Below are positions 32,624 to 42,138 of a DNA stretch of 64,000 nt, in pieces. This DNA comes from Patescibacteria group bacterium (GTDB lineage Bacteria; Patescibacteriota; Patescibacteriia; UBA9934; GWF2-40-263), in NCBI GenBank assembly GCA_035290185.1, contig DATDUW010000038.1, forward strand, positions 233 to 64,232, written 5' to 3'. A model generated the notes under the pieces. That model saw only the letters and a list, made by a program, of their open reading frames with translations. It searched no databases and had not been told where the DNA came from. A program made the position numbers and the translations under genes. Numbering within the stretch: the stretch's first letter is position 1; the number at the start of each line of letters is the position of its first letter.

Positions 32624-33637
32624 TTACACCTTTCGAACCACCACGTCCTTCAAGTACTGATTCTTAAAATCCGTCTTCTCTCCGATTTTCGCCTTTCCGT
32701 CTGAAACAAATCGAACGGCCAACGGTTTTTTATACTTATTGCTTAGATGCTGGACAAGGCAGAGAATTTCGATAATACGATCCTTGTTCTGGTCGATTCC
32801 CATCGGATACGTGTCAATCCCAAGGCCCGAGTGCAGGCTCAAGAAAATATTCCGTTCAATATCGAAGTTTCCGCGCTCGTATTCGTCCGCGAGTTCGAAG
32901 TCTTCCAGACAGGGAAGCATGAGGCCGCACAATCCTATGGGCCGGGGATTATGTTTTTTGATGAATTCCGTGATTTTCGTATAAACGTCCGTTGTGGCTG
33001 ATCGGCTGAAATCCATTCCGAGCCTTTTGATAAAGTTTACCAAACTGCTTTTTCCTTCAAATAGCGGCGCAATGGAGGAATCAATGCCGAGATATCCTTC
33101 CGTATTTTTCAAAATTTCATCGATCTCCTTCCAAACCGTTTCCATCCGTGTGAACCACTCTTCCAATGTTGAACAGCCTTCCGATAAATCCGTTGACTGC
33201 AATCCAATACTGAAACCTTTGTATCCGAATTTAGCAGAAGGGAAGTAGGGGCTGGAGTCGGGTAAATTAAATCCGTATGTGAAACGGAACGTGTTATCCG
33301 GTTTGTTTCGGATGATTTCAAAAAGAGTATCGACGTGGTCGAAAGTGATTGGCTCATTCGTCAGATCAACGTTTGTCGCTTTATTGTCGGAGGAAAGAAA
33401 ATCATCGAAGACCTTTTGAAATTCGGTAAAAGACAGGCTGCCGGCTCCCAGAAGAATTCCACTTTCCGTCAGAGCGGCCTGGTCCGCCTGATCGTGATAA
33501 TCCGAGAGGCAGATTCTTTTGGTTTGGATGACGAACTGCCTTTCTGAAAGAAGATGGGATATTTCTTCGAGCCGTTGAATTTCTTCGAACCCGGCTTGAT
33601 TCGAAAAGAGACAGATCGTGCGAATGATTTTGTTCAT
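32624..33637 (-). CDS. DUF711 (UPF0210)-like protein, tentative
   Basis: MNKIIRTICLF... and GLCGLMLPCLEDFELA recall UPF0210 motifs. It is shorter than typical members. Confidence 0.45.
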   Translation of the reverse strand: MNKIIRTICLFSNQAGFEEIQRLEEISHLLSERQFVIQTKRICLSDYHDQADQAALTESGILLGAGSLSFTEFQKVFDDFLSSDNKATNVDLTNEPITFDHVDTLFEIIRNKPDNTFRFTYGFNLPDSSPYFPSAKFGYKGFSIGLQSTDLSEGCSTLEEWFTRMETVWKEIDEILKNTEGYLGIDSSIAPLFEGKSSLVNFIKRLGMDFSRSATTDVYTKITEFIKKHNPRPIGLCGLMLPCLEDFELADEYERGNFDIERNIFLSLHSGLGIDTYPMGIDQNKDRIIEILCLVQHLSNKYKKPLAVRFVSDGKAKIGEKTDFKNQYLKDVVVRKV

Positions 33638-33838
33638 ACGAGGAAATTTCCTCCATTCTATCAGTATTTTTCGGCTTTTGTAGATGGTTGTTCGATCGTT
33701 TCAAGGAAAATTCTTCTGTTGTAGATTTCTATTCTACAATAAGAAATGATATTTCATTGCTAAAATTGAATAATTGTTTTAGACTTACAGTCTTAAGTTT
33801 AAATTTATTGGACGATTTATCCCTTCTCTTTTACCGTT

Positions 33839-34618
33839 ATGGATGCCTTACGAGATCTCAAAGAGGCCTTGGAATCCTTGGGAGCGACGCCTAATGCGGT
33901 TGCTTTCTATCTTCAAAGTTACAAAGACGGTAAATCAACGGTCGGAAAAGTTGCCGCGGCTTGCGGGATGGATCGCTCCTCCGCCTACTTGGCATGTGGT
34001 CAACTTCAAACGCTGGGATTGGTTGAGGAAGGACATGAGTCAGGAGGAAAGATTATCTGGGCCAAGTCTCCGAAAGCGATTTTGGGGAGACTGCGCGCGG
34101 AAATGCGACGGTTGCGGAAGCGGTACGACGATGTTGAGGTGGCTCTTCCGGAACTTCTGGCTGGTTACAGCGCCGAAGCTGCCAAACCCGTCCTCCAGTT
34201 CTTTTCGGGAAAGGAAGGATTACATCGGATCACGGAAGACGTCCTCGAACACGCGCAAGGCGAAATCTTGCTGCTGACGAACCAGTTCACGGAAAAGAAC
34301 GTCTTCAGCGAATCGGACCATCAGGAATTTATTTCCGAACGTCTGCGTCGAAGCTTGGAGATTCGTGTATTGGCTGCGGATACGCCGGAAGCGCGCGAGC
34401 TTCAGAAATGCGATAAAGAGTGCCTGCGGGAAACCTGTCTCGTGAAAGGCGAACCGTTTACGAGTGAAACTTATATCTATGGCGACAAGGTGGCCATGCT
34501 TGATTTCGATCACGAGGTGGTTGGCTTCATTGTCCGGTCGAAGGAATTCACCCGGGCCCAACGGTGGATGTTTGAACAGATCTGGAAAAAGAGCGGAGGG
34601 AAGAATCATGTTGACTGA
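33839..34618 (+). CDS. TrmB-like transcriptional regulator
   Basis: The N-terminal wHTH reads LESLGATPNAVAFYLQSYKDGKSTVGKVAAACGMDRSSAYLACGQLQTLGLV. It is divergent from the DUF711-like gene. Confidence 0.6.
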   Translation: MDALRDLKEALESLGATPNAVAFYLQSYKDGKSTVGKVAAACGMDRSSAYLACGQLQTLGLVEEGHESGGKIIWAKSPKAILGRLRAEMRRLRKRYDDVEVALPELLAGYSAEAAKPVLQFFSGKEGLHRITEDVLEHAQGEILLLTNQFTEKNVFSESDHQEFISERLRRSLEIRVLAADTPEARELQKCDKECLRETCLVKGEPFTSETYIYGDKVAMLDFDHEVVGFIVRSKEFTRAQRWMFEQIWKKSGGKNHVD

Positions 34619-35201
34619 ACCCGTCTTCGTTGCGCAAATCGAACCGAGGGAGAATGTTGAGAAGGAGGAAGAGAGAGCAGACTTGAATTGGAATGAAAAA
34701 GAGGCATGTCTGCCTCATTGGAACTGGTGTGGAATTTGTTGCGTACGAATGATCATCTTAGGCCTTGGCAGGGAGGCGCCGAGTCTGCCGGAAATGTATC
34801 AGGTGGCCTTTGACCGTTATGGAGTATTTCGGATGGTGGACGGTCATATCCAAGGCGCTTTCCATCGGCAGCTCGCCGAGTATATCCAAGGCGAATTCAA
34901 CCTGTCTGCCGTTGCCCGCCGCGGCCTGTCGCCGGACGATGTGGCCGCTTGGATCGCGCGCGGCCATTATGTTATCGCTTCAGTTTCCTCCGAAATTCGA
35001 GAGATGAGTGGTAAAGAACCAAAGCGCCGAAACGGGCATCTGGTTGTGGTTTACGACGTCCAGGAAACCGAAGAGGGGCGAACGTTCGTCCTTCATAATT
35101 CCGCCGGCTTCTTTCGTACCGGAACACAGGAGGCCGTTGTTGTCTCCGAAAAACGTTTTGCGCAATGCTTTTCGGGAAACGGGATTATCGTTTCTGTGTA
35201 A
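34608..35201 (+). CDS. C39-like (papain-fold) peptidase domain protein, tentative
   Basis: GGAGGGAAGAATC precedes an ATG that overlaps the previous stop. The candidate catalytic Cys is in HWNWCGICCVRMII and the candidate His is in NGHLVVVYD. Confidence 0.4.
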   Translation: MLTEPVFVAQIEPRENVEKEEERADLNWNEKEACLPHWNWCGICCVRMIILGLGREAPSLPEMYQVAFDRYGVFRMVDGHIQGAFHRQLAEYIQGEFNLSAVARRGLSPDDVAAWIARGHYVIASVSSEIREMSGKEPKRRNGHLVVVYDVQETEEGRTFVLHNSAGFFRTGTQEAVVVSEKRFAQCFSGNGIIVSV

Positions 35202-35221
35202 AAGTTATTTATCTTTCACGT

Positions 35222-36133
35222 ATGTCCGATCAAATCCGTGTTGCCATCCTAACCGGCGGGATAAGTTCCGAGCGCGAAATTGCCTTACAGTCTGCAGAAG
35301 GTGTGCGTCAGGCGCTGGGCTTGTATGACGACGTTGAAATGTTTGATCTTCCTTCACAGCTGGATCTTTTTTTGGAAAAACGCGGGGAGATCGACGTTGC
35401 CATCCCGATTTTCCATGGAAAGGGAGGGGAAGACGGTTCCATTCAGGGATTTCTAAATACGTTGAATATTCCGTTTCTTTTTTCTGATACAGAAGCTCAT
35501 GCCATCGCCCTTAACAAAGTCATCACCAAAGAACTTGCGAGAAGCGCGGGAATTCATACCGCGCCTTTCGTTGTTTTGGAAAAGAAAAATAGAAACGAGG
35601 GAACCTATAAAAGACCGTGTGTTATTAAGCCTATTGATGGCGGAAGTTCCATTGGGATCACCTTGGCAATGGATCAAGAAAGTTTTGAAAAAGGTTTGGA
35701 CGAAGCATTCGCGCATGGTTTCACCCTTCTGATTGAAGACTCTATTCCAGGTGACGAATATACCGTTGCTGTCATTGAGGAGAACGATAAACCTGTCGCT
35801 CTTCCGGTTATTGCGATCAAATCCAAAAACGCGTTCTTTGATTTCGAGAGCAAGTATAATCCACACCTTGTCGAAGAAGTTTGTCCTGCGCCCATTGAAG
35901 ATTCCCTACGAGAACGCCTTCAGGAAATGGCGATAAGGATTCATCAACTTATCGGGGCGCGGCATCTTACTCGTTCTGATTTTATCGTGGATAAGGAAGG
36001 GGTGATTTGGTTTTTGGAGATAAATACGATCCCGGGTCAGACGTTGAATTCGCTTGTTCCAAAAGCTATTCGTGCCTCAGGGCGAAAAATAGAGGACGTG
36101 TTCACTGAATGGATTTGTGACGTTCTTCATTGA
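35222..36133 (+). CDS. ddl: D-alanine--D-alanine ligase
   Basis: IRVAILTGGISSEREIALQSA, FHGKGGEDGSIQGFL, ATP-grasp motifs, and the C-terminal EINTIPGQT. Confidence 0.9.
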   Translation: MSDQIRVAILTGGISSEREIALQSAEGVRQALGLYDDVEMFDLPSQLDLFLEKRGEIDVAIPIFHGKGGEDGSIQGFLNTLNIPFLFSDTEAHAIALNKVITKELARSAGIHTAPFVVLEKKNRNEGTYKRPCVIKPIDGGSSIGITLAMDQESFEKGLDEAFAHGFTLLIEDSIPGDEYTVAVIEENDKPVALPVIAIKSKNAFFDFESKYNPHLVEEVCPAPIEDSLRERLQEMAIRIHQLIGARHLTRSDFIVDKEGVIWFLEINTIPGQTLNSLVPKAIRASGRKIEDVFTEWICDVLH

Positions 36134-36171
36134 AAGATCTGTTATGGCCCATACCTACGTTAAGGCCTTTT

Positions 36172-36312
36172 TCGGCGACGCGGTTTTTCCGATTTGTCGG
36201 AAGAACGGACTACACGCTGCAGAAATCCATTCGGCTGGATGAAATCGGGGAAGCGTTGGATGCGTTGGAAAAAGAGTGGTTAAAATTAGAAGAAGGTGTT
36301 GAATCAATTTGA
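36172..36312 (+). pseudogene. relic 3' end of an ABC-F gene (contains repeat copy 2 at 36221-36279)
   Basis: It translates to ..RTDYTLQKSIRLDEIGEALDALEKEWLKLEEGVESI*, versus the ABC-F C-terminus ..PTDYAPEKSIRLDEIGEALDALEKEWLGLEEMNDSTVQ*. No ABC domains lie upstream. Confidence 0.7.
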
Positions 36313-36388
36313 CAAAAAGAGAAAAATCTTCTAGGGTTGCTCAAGTTGATAAATGATTGGTTTTTCAAAAAGAAAGAGAGGAAGGGGA

Positions 36389-37054
36389 ATGAAGAAAACA
36401 AATAAGCTGCTTTCTGTAGCAGCAATGATGGTTCTTTTCACGGTCGGAAGCAGTGTGGAGGCACAGGTCGCCGATTTGTCCCAATGCCCGCTCCAGGCGT
36501 TCAGGGATGCGGACGGTGACGAATATGGCGATCAGACAGAGACCATCTGCCTCCGGATTAGCGGTGGAATGGGAGTGGTGCTGGCGGTGGATGGGTATGT
36601 TCTGGACGACGACAGTGCCAACAACGACTGCGATGACGCCAAGGCCGCGGTTCATCCCGGCGTTGTTGAGACCGCCAATGCCATTGATGACAACTGCGAC
36701 GGGCAGGTGGACGAAGGAATCCGTGTGACCGCCACCCCGAAGGCTTTGCCACCAGTGGCAAAGAAGGTCGTGAAGCGAATGCCGGAGAACACCGACGCCC
36801 GTTGCATGGACCGCATCGACAACGACGGAGATGGCAAAAGAGATCGAGACGATCCCGATTGTTACATTTCGGTTGTCCGAGAGGTCAAGAATCTTGGTGG
36901 GGAGAAGGCTTTCTCTGGGAAGGTAATGACGCACCTCATTGAATGTCGATATTATACTTTTGAGTATGAGGAGTGTGCATGCGAGGTGTGGGTAGGGTAC
37001 GAGTACCCGGATACACGCTGTGATACCTTGAAAAGGTATAAAGTCGACGATTGA
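36389..37054 (+). CDS. secreted Cys/Asp-rich protein with a DCDD..PG..E..DDNCDG..DE metal-binding-type motif
   Basis: There is an RBS plus MKKTNKLLSVAAMMVLFTVGSSVEAQ signal peptide. Motifs are NDCDDAKAAVHPGVVETANAIDDNCDGQVDEG and DNDGDGKRDRDDPDC. Confidence 0.7.
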   Translation: MKKTNKLLSVAAMMVLFTVGSSVEAQVADLSQCPLQAFRDADGDEYGDQTETICLRISGGMGVVLAVDGYVLDDDSANNDCDDAKAAVHPGVVETANAIDDNCDGQVDEGIRVTATPKALPPVAKKVVKRMPENTDARCMDRIDNDGDGKRDRDDPDCYISVVREVKNLGGEKAFSGKVMTHLIECRYYTFEYEECACEVWVGYEYPDTRCDTLKRYKVDD

Positions 37055-37082
37055 GGCCTACTATCGAGAGAAACGAAAACAA

Positions 37083-37111
37083 CCCGCGGGAGATCTTCCC
37101 GCGGGCTTTTT
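37083..37111 (+). terminator. intrinsic terminator
   Basis: CCCGCGGGA-GATC-TTCCCGCGGG-C-TTTTT. Confidence 0.7.
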
Positions 37112-37176
37112 AATTTTGTTTAAGGTTGTTTTCTTAAACGATAATTTGCCACGTAATCGACAGTAGCACGGAAAAT

Positions 37177-37214
37177 CAAAACCTCCCTCAGGATGAACCC
37201 GAGGGAGGTTTTTT
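37177..37214 (-). terminator. intrinsic terminator of csp (bidirectional architecture)
   Basis: CCTCCCTC-N11-GAGGGAGG, flanked by AAAA and TTTTTT. Confidence 0.65.
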
Positions 37215-37225
37215 GCTGAACGCGA

Positions 37226-37435
37226 TTAGGCATTCACGGAGACGCGCTGGACATTCACGGCGCGGGGACCCTTTGGAGAATCCTCGACCTCGAACGTAAC
37301 CGTGTCGCCGGTGCGCAGATCGTTGAAATCCATATCAACGAGGGCGGACATGTGAAAAAACACGTCCTTGTCCTGTCCGTCCGGGGTGATGAATCCAAAC
37401 CCCTTGTCGGTCAGGCGTGCGACTTTACCAGTCAT
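37226..37435 (-). CDS. cspA: cold-shock protein (CspA family)
   Basis: The motifs KGFGFI (RNP1) and VFFHMS (RNP2) are present. The protein is about 69 aa. Confidence 0.9.
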   Translation of the reverse strand: MTGKVARLTDKGFGFITPDGQDKDVFFHMSALVDMDFNDLRTGDTVTFEVEDSPKGPRAVNVQRVSVNA

Positions 37436-37611
37436 AGGCACTGCTGTTAGAGTGAATAATCTGCAAATTCCTGCCTCTTCGCGGAAATTCGACAGATCTC
37501 CACTCCGAGCGTCCTTTGCTTACTCTACCCTAGCATCTTTATTGAAAAAAGGCAAGGGGGAGAGGGTGAACTGTCAAGAGAATTCAGAGCGTGCTATAAA
37601 AGGGAAAAACT

Positions 37612-38859
37612 ATGACCATTGCCGTTCTTGGCGGGGGAGCTGCCGGACTTATGGCTGCAGCAACGATTCTGGAGATGGATCCGGAGGCGCGGATTCTTCT
37701 CGTTGAGCGCAATGATCGTCTTGGAAAAAAAGTCCTGATGACAGGCGGCGGAAGGTGCAACGTGACAACGGGGCTTGACGACATCCAGGCAATCCTTTCC
37801 CGCTATCCCCGCGGAGGAAAATTTTTTGCATCGGCTCTGCGTCGGTTTCCACCCGAAGCCGTCCGTGCGTGGTTTGAAATGCACGGGGTTCCTCTTAAGA
37901 TCGAGAAGGACGGGCGCGTGTTTCCGAAATCAGACAGAGGAGGGGACGTGGTTCGTGTCTTTGAACGTCTTTTTGAAAGTTCCCGCATCCGTCTTTTTCT
38001 CAACACCTCTGTTTCTCGCGTTAAAAAACAGGGAGGCATCTTTAGGATTTTTTTTGAGGAGCAGCAGGAACCGCTGCAGGCGGATAAACTTATTCTTGTT
38101 ACAGGCGGACAGGCCTATCGTCATACGGGTTCAACCGGTGATGGTTATGCGTTTGCTGATTCGTTGGGACACACAATTACGAAGCTTGCTCCCAGCCTCA
38201 GCGCTCTTTTAACGCGGGAAACATGGCCGACATCCATTTCTGGTCTCTCCTTTCCAAAGGTGCGACTCATGGCGCGCGACAATAAGTCCCTTTCCTCCAT
38301 CGGTCCTTTTCTCTTCACACATAAGGGCATCAGTGGTCCGGCAGTTTTTGCCCTGTCTTCTTTGACGGCATTTGAAACTTATAGCGCTCGACAACCCATG
38401 AAAGTTTCCATTGATTTTTTTCCGGATTTCTCTCAAGAAAAAATTCGTGAAGAGATTCAAAAAAACATCACTTTTAATCCTAAACGGAGTTTTGTGAACG
38501 CTTTGGCTGGAATTGTTCCAAAGTCTCTCTCAGAAATTTGTCTGCGGGAAGTGGCTCTGCCCGGCGATCGACATGCAGGCGAGATTGGAAAAAAAGAGAT
38601 GGCGCGCTGTGCCACCTGGTTGAAAGGTGCTCTATTGTCTGTTGTCGGTCGCGTGGCCGGTGACGAATTTGTCACAGCCGGAGGGGTAGATCTTAAGGAA
38701 ATAAATCCGATCACGATGGAGTCAAAAATTTGTTCAGGACTGTTTATTGCCGGCGAGCTGTTGGATATAGATGGGTTTACTGGTGGGTTCAATCTTCAGG
38801 CCTGTTGGGCAACAGGACGGGCAGCAGGAGGGGGCGCTGTTCTCAATCAAAAAAAGTAG
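37612..38859 (+). CDS. HI0933/BaiN-like NAD(P)/FAD-dependent oxidoreductase
   Basis: IAVLGGGAAGLMAA dinucleotide motif, GGGRCN, FTHKGISGPAV, and the C-terminal GELLDIDGFTGGFNLQ. Confidence 0.85.
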   Translation: MTIAVLGGGAAGLMAAATILEMDPEARILLVERNDRLGKKVLMTGGGRCNVTTGLDDIQAILSRYPRGGKFFASALRRFPPEAVRAWFEMHGVPLKIEKDGRVFPKSDRGGDVVRVFERLFESSRIRLFLNTSVSRVKKQGGIFRIFFEEQQEPLQADKLILVTGGQAYRHTGSTGDGYAFADSLGHTITKLAPSLSALLTRETWPTSISGLSFPKVRLMARDNKSLSSIGPFLFTHKGISGPAVFALSSLTAFETYSARQPMKVSIDFFPDFSQEKIREEIQKNITFNPKRSFVNALAGIVPKSLSEICLREVALPGDRHAGEIGKKEMARCATWLKGALLSVVGRVAGDEFVTAGGVDLKEINPITMESKICSGLFIAGELLDIDGFTGGFNLQACWATGRAAGGGAVLNQKK

Positions 38860-38899
38860 ACGGATTGTGGGTTATTTTCCTTGTTTTTTTGGATGATCC

Positions 38900-39832
38900 G
38901 TGCTTAAAATGACCTGTCTTTATTCTTTATTTTTTCCTCTTCTGGACGGAATTTTAAAACGTATGGGAGAAAGTTTTTTCAGAGGTGAAGAGCAGGCCGA
39001 TTTCTCCAAAATAGAGGGTGAATTGCAAGCAGAAGGATTGGAACCGACTCCGGACGAGTTTGCTATTCTGGCGGCAGGTAAGTCAAAGAAAGAGACACCA
39101 ATACCGTCAAGAGAAAGTGTCTTTGATTTTTTGAAGGACACAAAGGGTCTTCAGGAATATTGTAAACGCAAACGGGAGGTTCGGAGGGCATTTAAGAAGT
39201 TTTTGGATATTCCGGATCATTTGGATTTTAAAGGAGGAGATGTTGGTCATGCTGGTTTCTGGACAGCGACGGCAAAAGCGTTCGGACACGAATCTCCCCA
39301 AGAACTCTCTTTGGAAGAAAGGACAGCAACCCTCCTCTTATTTACCATGGCTGTTGAGCGGTGGAAAGCATGGGCACAGCACGGCAATTGGGATCTAGAA
39401 AAAGACATCCCCCTGCTTTCCGAGGCCGTCAATCATCCGGAGACCGATGAACAAGAACCGGGGACCGTGAACCTTTTTCGCCAAGAAATAAATCCCGTGA
39501 TTCATTGGAGCACGTTGCAAACGGACACGTTTCGTCTTGATGATACTTCTTTGTGGTTTCCCCAGGCGGTTCGGGCTTTCTTAACCGACGAGCGGACAAA
39601 GGGGTTTTTTCCGACATTACCTGCAGAGAATTTTGATAAGAAAATGGAAGAGATTGGAGCTCTTGTCAGAGAGGATACCTATGTTCCTTCAACGCTTGGA
39701 ACAGGTGTGTCAAAAAAGACGGCTGATCTTCAAACGTCCCTTGGAAAAGAAGTGACAAAGCGGGTCCGGGAGGTCATCATTCCGCGGTTTCTTGTTTCTT
39801 TGGAAACAAAGAAACAAGTGCCTCAAACGTGA
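38900..39832 (+). CDS. hypothetical protein; start uncertain (38900 GTG, 38909 or 38963 ATG)
   Basis: It is a long ORF with a coding-like composition. No motifs were recognised. Confidence 0.5.
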   Translation: MLKMTCLYSLFFPLLDGILKRMGESFFRGEEQADFSKIEGELQAEGLEPTPDEFAILAAGKSKKETPIPSRESVFDFLKDTKGLQEYCKRKREVRRAFKKFLDIPDHLDFKGGDVGHAGFWTATAKAFGHESPQELSLEERTATLLLFTMAVERWKAWAQHGNWDLEKDIPLLSEAVNHPETDEQEPGTVNLFRQEINPVIHWSTLQTDTFRLDDTSLWFPQAVRAFLTDERTKGFFPTLPAENFDKKMEEIGALVREDTYVPSTLGTGVSKKTADLQTSLGKEVTKRVREVIIPRFLVSLETKKQVPQT

Positions 39833-39874
39833 TTCAAAGTTTTTTGTCTCCTTTTACCTACCATAGGGGTAGAT

Positions 39875-40378
39875 ATGCGTCTCCCAACTAGGCGATCTGA
39901 ACAAGCTCAACTCCTCAAGAGGCAAGACGATCCGTATCTGACACCTTCTGCCATTCAAAGCATGAAGGATGAGCTTCAGGATTTGGAAAAACGCCAGCGC
40001 CAGCGCGCGATTCTGGAGGTTCAGCGAACGGCCGAAATGGGGGATTTTTCCGAAAACGCGGCTTATCAAATGGCCAAGGGACGATTGCGTGGCATGAACG
40101 CCCGCATTACTACTCTGCAAGAACAGCTAAAGACCGCTGTCCCAATCGAAGCCGGGACAGGCGGCCGTATCCGCATCGGTTCAAAAGTGAGCGTCCGCGT
40201 CAATGGAAAGGATACCGAGTTTGAAATTGTGGGATCCCAGGAGACGAATCCGTCGTTGGGACGCATTTCATATTCTTCCCCGCTTGGGATGGCCCTTTTG
40301 GGTCATGTCTTGGGGGAGATGGTTCCGATTCGCCTGGGGAAGGGAGAGGTTTTTTATGAAATTTTAAACGTGATCTAG
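39875..40378 (+). CDS. greA: transcription elongation factor GreA
   Basis: The N-terminal coiled coil carries EMGDFSENAAY. The C-terminal domain reads GSKVSV....EFEIVGSQETNP..GRISYSSPLGMALLG. Confidence 0.85.
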   Translation: MRLPTRRSEQAQLLKRQDDPYLTPSAIQSMKDELQDLEKRQRQRAILEVQRTAEMGDFSENAAYQMAKGRLRGMNARITTLQEQLKTAVPIEAGTGGRIRIGSKVSVRVNGKDTEFEIVGSQETNPSLGRISYSSPLGMALLGHVLGEMVPIRLGKGEVFYEILNVI

Positions 40379-40384
40379 TTCCCT

Positions 40385-41089
40385 ATGGGAAGCCCTGAAC
40401 GCGCTTTTCTTCCGTCTGATGATGAGCCACCTTTATGGGAGCCTCCTCCTGAGAGAGCAAAAGGGCTCCGAATGGGACGCATTTTGGAATTTCATTCAAA
40501 GGGAGAAGCATCCGCGCGGAGTTCTGAATCCGCGGAAAAAGAAATGGTCGCGCAACAGGCTTCTGCGCGCGAGGAAGCTCGACGTACTTCAGACAGAGTT
40601 TTGAAAGAGGAGCGAAGGGATCTTGCTAAACGATCGCATGACGCGTTTCACGTAAAGATAATGCCGCTTTTGGCTGAAAAAAAGAAGTTGGAAAAAGAGA
40701 ATTCAGGTTTTTTACATCGTTGGTTCGGACGTGGGGAAAGAAGAGTGAAACTTCGGGAAATTGAGGAAAGGCTTGGACAGTTGCAACCCAGGTTTGAGCA
40801 GGCAAAAAAAGAAATGGAGAGCGGAGAGGCAAGAGACAGCGCCTTTGTTTCGGAAAAGGATTCGAGGACCGCCCGTATCGAAACGCTTAAATCCGCCATC
40901 CGGTCTTTGGAAAAAACCATGGAGGCTTCCTTGACCCAGGGCGATCGTTCTAAAGCCTATGGATCGGCAAGTGCCACGTTTACGGATTTGTATCATTTGC
41001 GCCATGAGTTGGCGCAGTTACAGGCGCAAGGAGCCATTCGTGGAGCCGAAACGGCAGGTAATGATGAACACCATCGAAAAGCAGCTTAA
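40385..41089 (+). CDS. hypothetical coiled-coil protein
   Basis: The 234-aa ORF starts 6 nt after the greA stop. It is Glu/Arg/Lys-rich and helical. Confidence 0.55.
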   Translation: MGSPERAFLPSDDEPPLWEPPPERAKGLRMGRILEFHSKGEASARSSESAEKEMVAQQASAREEARRTSDRVLKEERRDLAKRSHDAFHVKIMPLLAEKKKLEKENSGFLHRWFGRGERRVKLREIEERLGQLQPRFEQAKKEMESGEARDSAFVSEKDSRTARIETLKSAIRSLEKTMEASLTQGDRSKAYGSASATFTDLYHLRHELAQLQAQGAIRGAETAGNDEHHRKAA

Positions 41090-41112
41090 TTTTTTTTCAG
41101 ATTCTTTTAAAG

Positions 41113-41141
41113 AAAAAACCGTCCTTCGTGGACGGTTTTTT
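41113..41141. terminator. bidirectional terminator
   Basis: AAAAAA-CCGTCC-TTCGT-GGACGG-TTTTTT, between convergent genes. Confidence 0.7.
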
Positions 41142-41155
41142 CAGAGGCGGAAAGA

Positions 41156-41425
41156 CTAGTCTCGATCGGCAATTATGTCTACAAGGTCTATGGCGGGTTG
41201 AAGATAAAATCCACCACTCTTTTTTAATTCCACCATTTTTTGTAATTTTTCGACATCCTCAGGCGTGGCCTTTTTCAACAGTTCGATTCTACAGCTAGCC
41301 TGATCAAAAAAATCTCTGATGTGTTGCATCTCTTCCGGAGTAAACCTGGTGTCATTAAATGTTTCAAGAGGGGTTGGTCCGCTTTCTCCAGCCATAGAGG
41401 AAAGATTAATTTTTGTCATTGACAC
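41156..41425 (-). CDS. small acidic hypothetical protein (89 aa)
   Basis: The ORF is bounded by the terminator at 41113-41141. No motifs were recognised. Confidence 0.5.
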   Translation of the reverse strand: MSMTKINLSSMAGESGPTPLETFNDTRFTPEEMQHIRDFFDQASCRIELLKKATPEDVEKLQKMVELKKSGGFYLQPAIDLVDIIADRD

Positions 41426-41568
41426 CTTAACATTTTTTTGAATTTTTGCAAGGGGGAGAGAAGAAAACTTTCATTTTCAAAAAGAACAAAACCGGGTGTC
41501 GCAAGGAGCGCGACAGCCCGGCTTTGAGATGGTTTTCCTGCAGAGAGGGTCCGAGCCCGCGAGGGGGT

Positions 41569-42138
41569 CTAGCGGTCGGAGTCGCCTTCGAGGCTGTCTT
41601 CTTCCTCGGACTCCGGCCCCTCACGCAGGTATTCCTCCAGCGTGATGGGCCGGCAGATGCCGAGCAGACGCCCAACGTCTTTTACCGTGCCACCTGGCTG
41701 GAGGTTGGCCCAGGAGATCGGGCACAGAGTTCCCCACACGCTCTCGCCCTGGTAGCTGGCCGAGGACTTCTCGGAGAGCATGAGCCCTTGCCTCGTGGCG
41801 AAGAGCCTAAAGTCATACGATCTCGTCCCTGAATCACCAGAGCCCTCGTGGGCGGTTGCTATCTCGATCCCCTCCACCACGACTTCTTTCATGGTGTTGC
41901 CGTTTTCGAAACCAGTGATTGAGGAGAACGTGATTCTTCCGACCTCGACCTCGAATTGGTCGAGCTTGGCATTTTCGAGTAGGCTGATGTCGGAAATGAC
42001 GCAGCCGTGCTTTCCGAGTGCCTTGACGAGGTCTGCTGGCGTGATCACATCACCGGAGGTGTTATTCAACGTGACACTCAAACCACGCCGAGCCAACTCG
42101 GCGATCAGATCGGACACCGACATTTCGTTGAGTTCCAT
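41569..42138 (-). CDS. hypothetical protein (189 aa), compositionally atypical (G/C-ending codons)
   Basis: It has a clean ORF and an acidic C-terminal tail. In its last 59 codons I count 46 ending in G/C, against 9 of the first 20 codons of pheT. Confidence 0.6.
   Translation of the reverse strand: MELNEMSVSDLIAELARRGLSVTLNNTSGDVITPADLVKALGKHGCVISDISLLENAKLDQFEVEVGRITFSSITGFENGNTMKEVVVEGIEIATAHEGSGDSGTRSYDFRLFATRQGLMLSEKSSASYQGESVWGTLCPISWANLQPGGTVKDVGRLLGICRPITLEEYLREGPESEEEDSLEGDSDR

Noticed and set aside
31160-36170. Calling the block between the ABC-F repeats a bona fide integrative mobile element.
   Set aside because: No integrase, recombinase, transposase or excisionase motif is recognisable in the block, and it contains the housekeeping ddl. 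It is reported only as a hypothesis.
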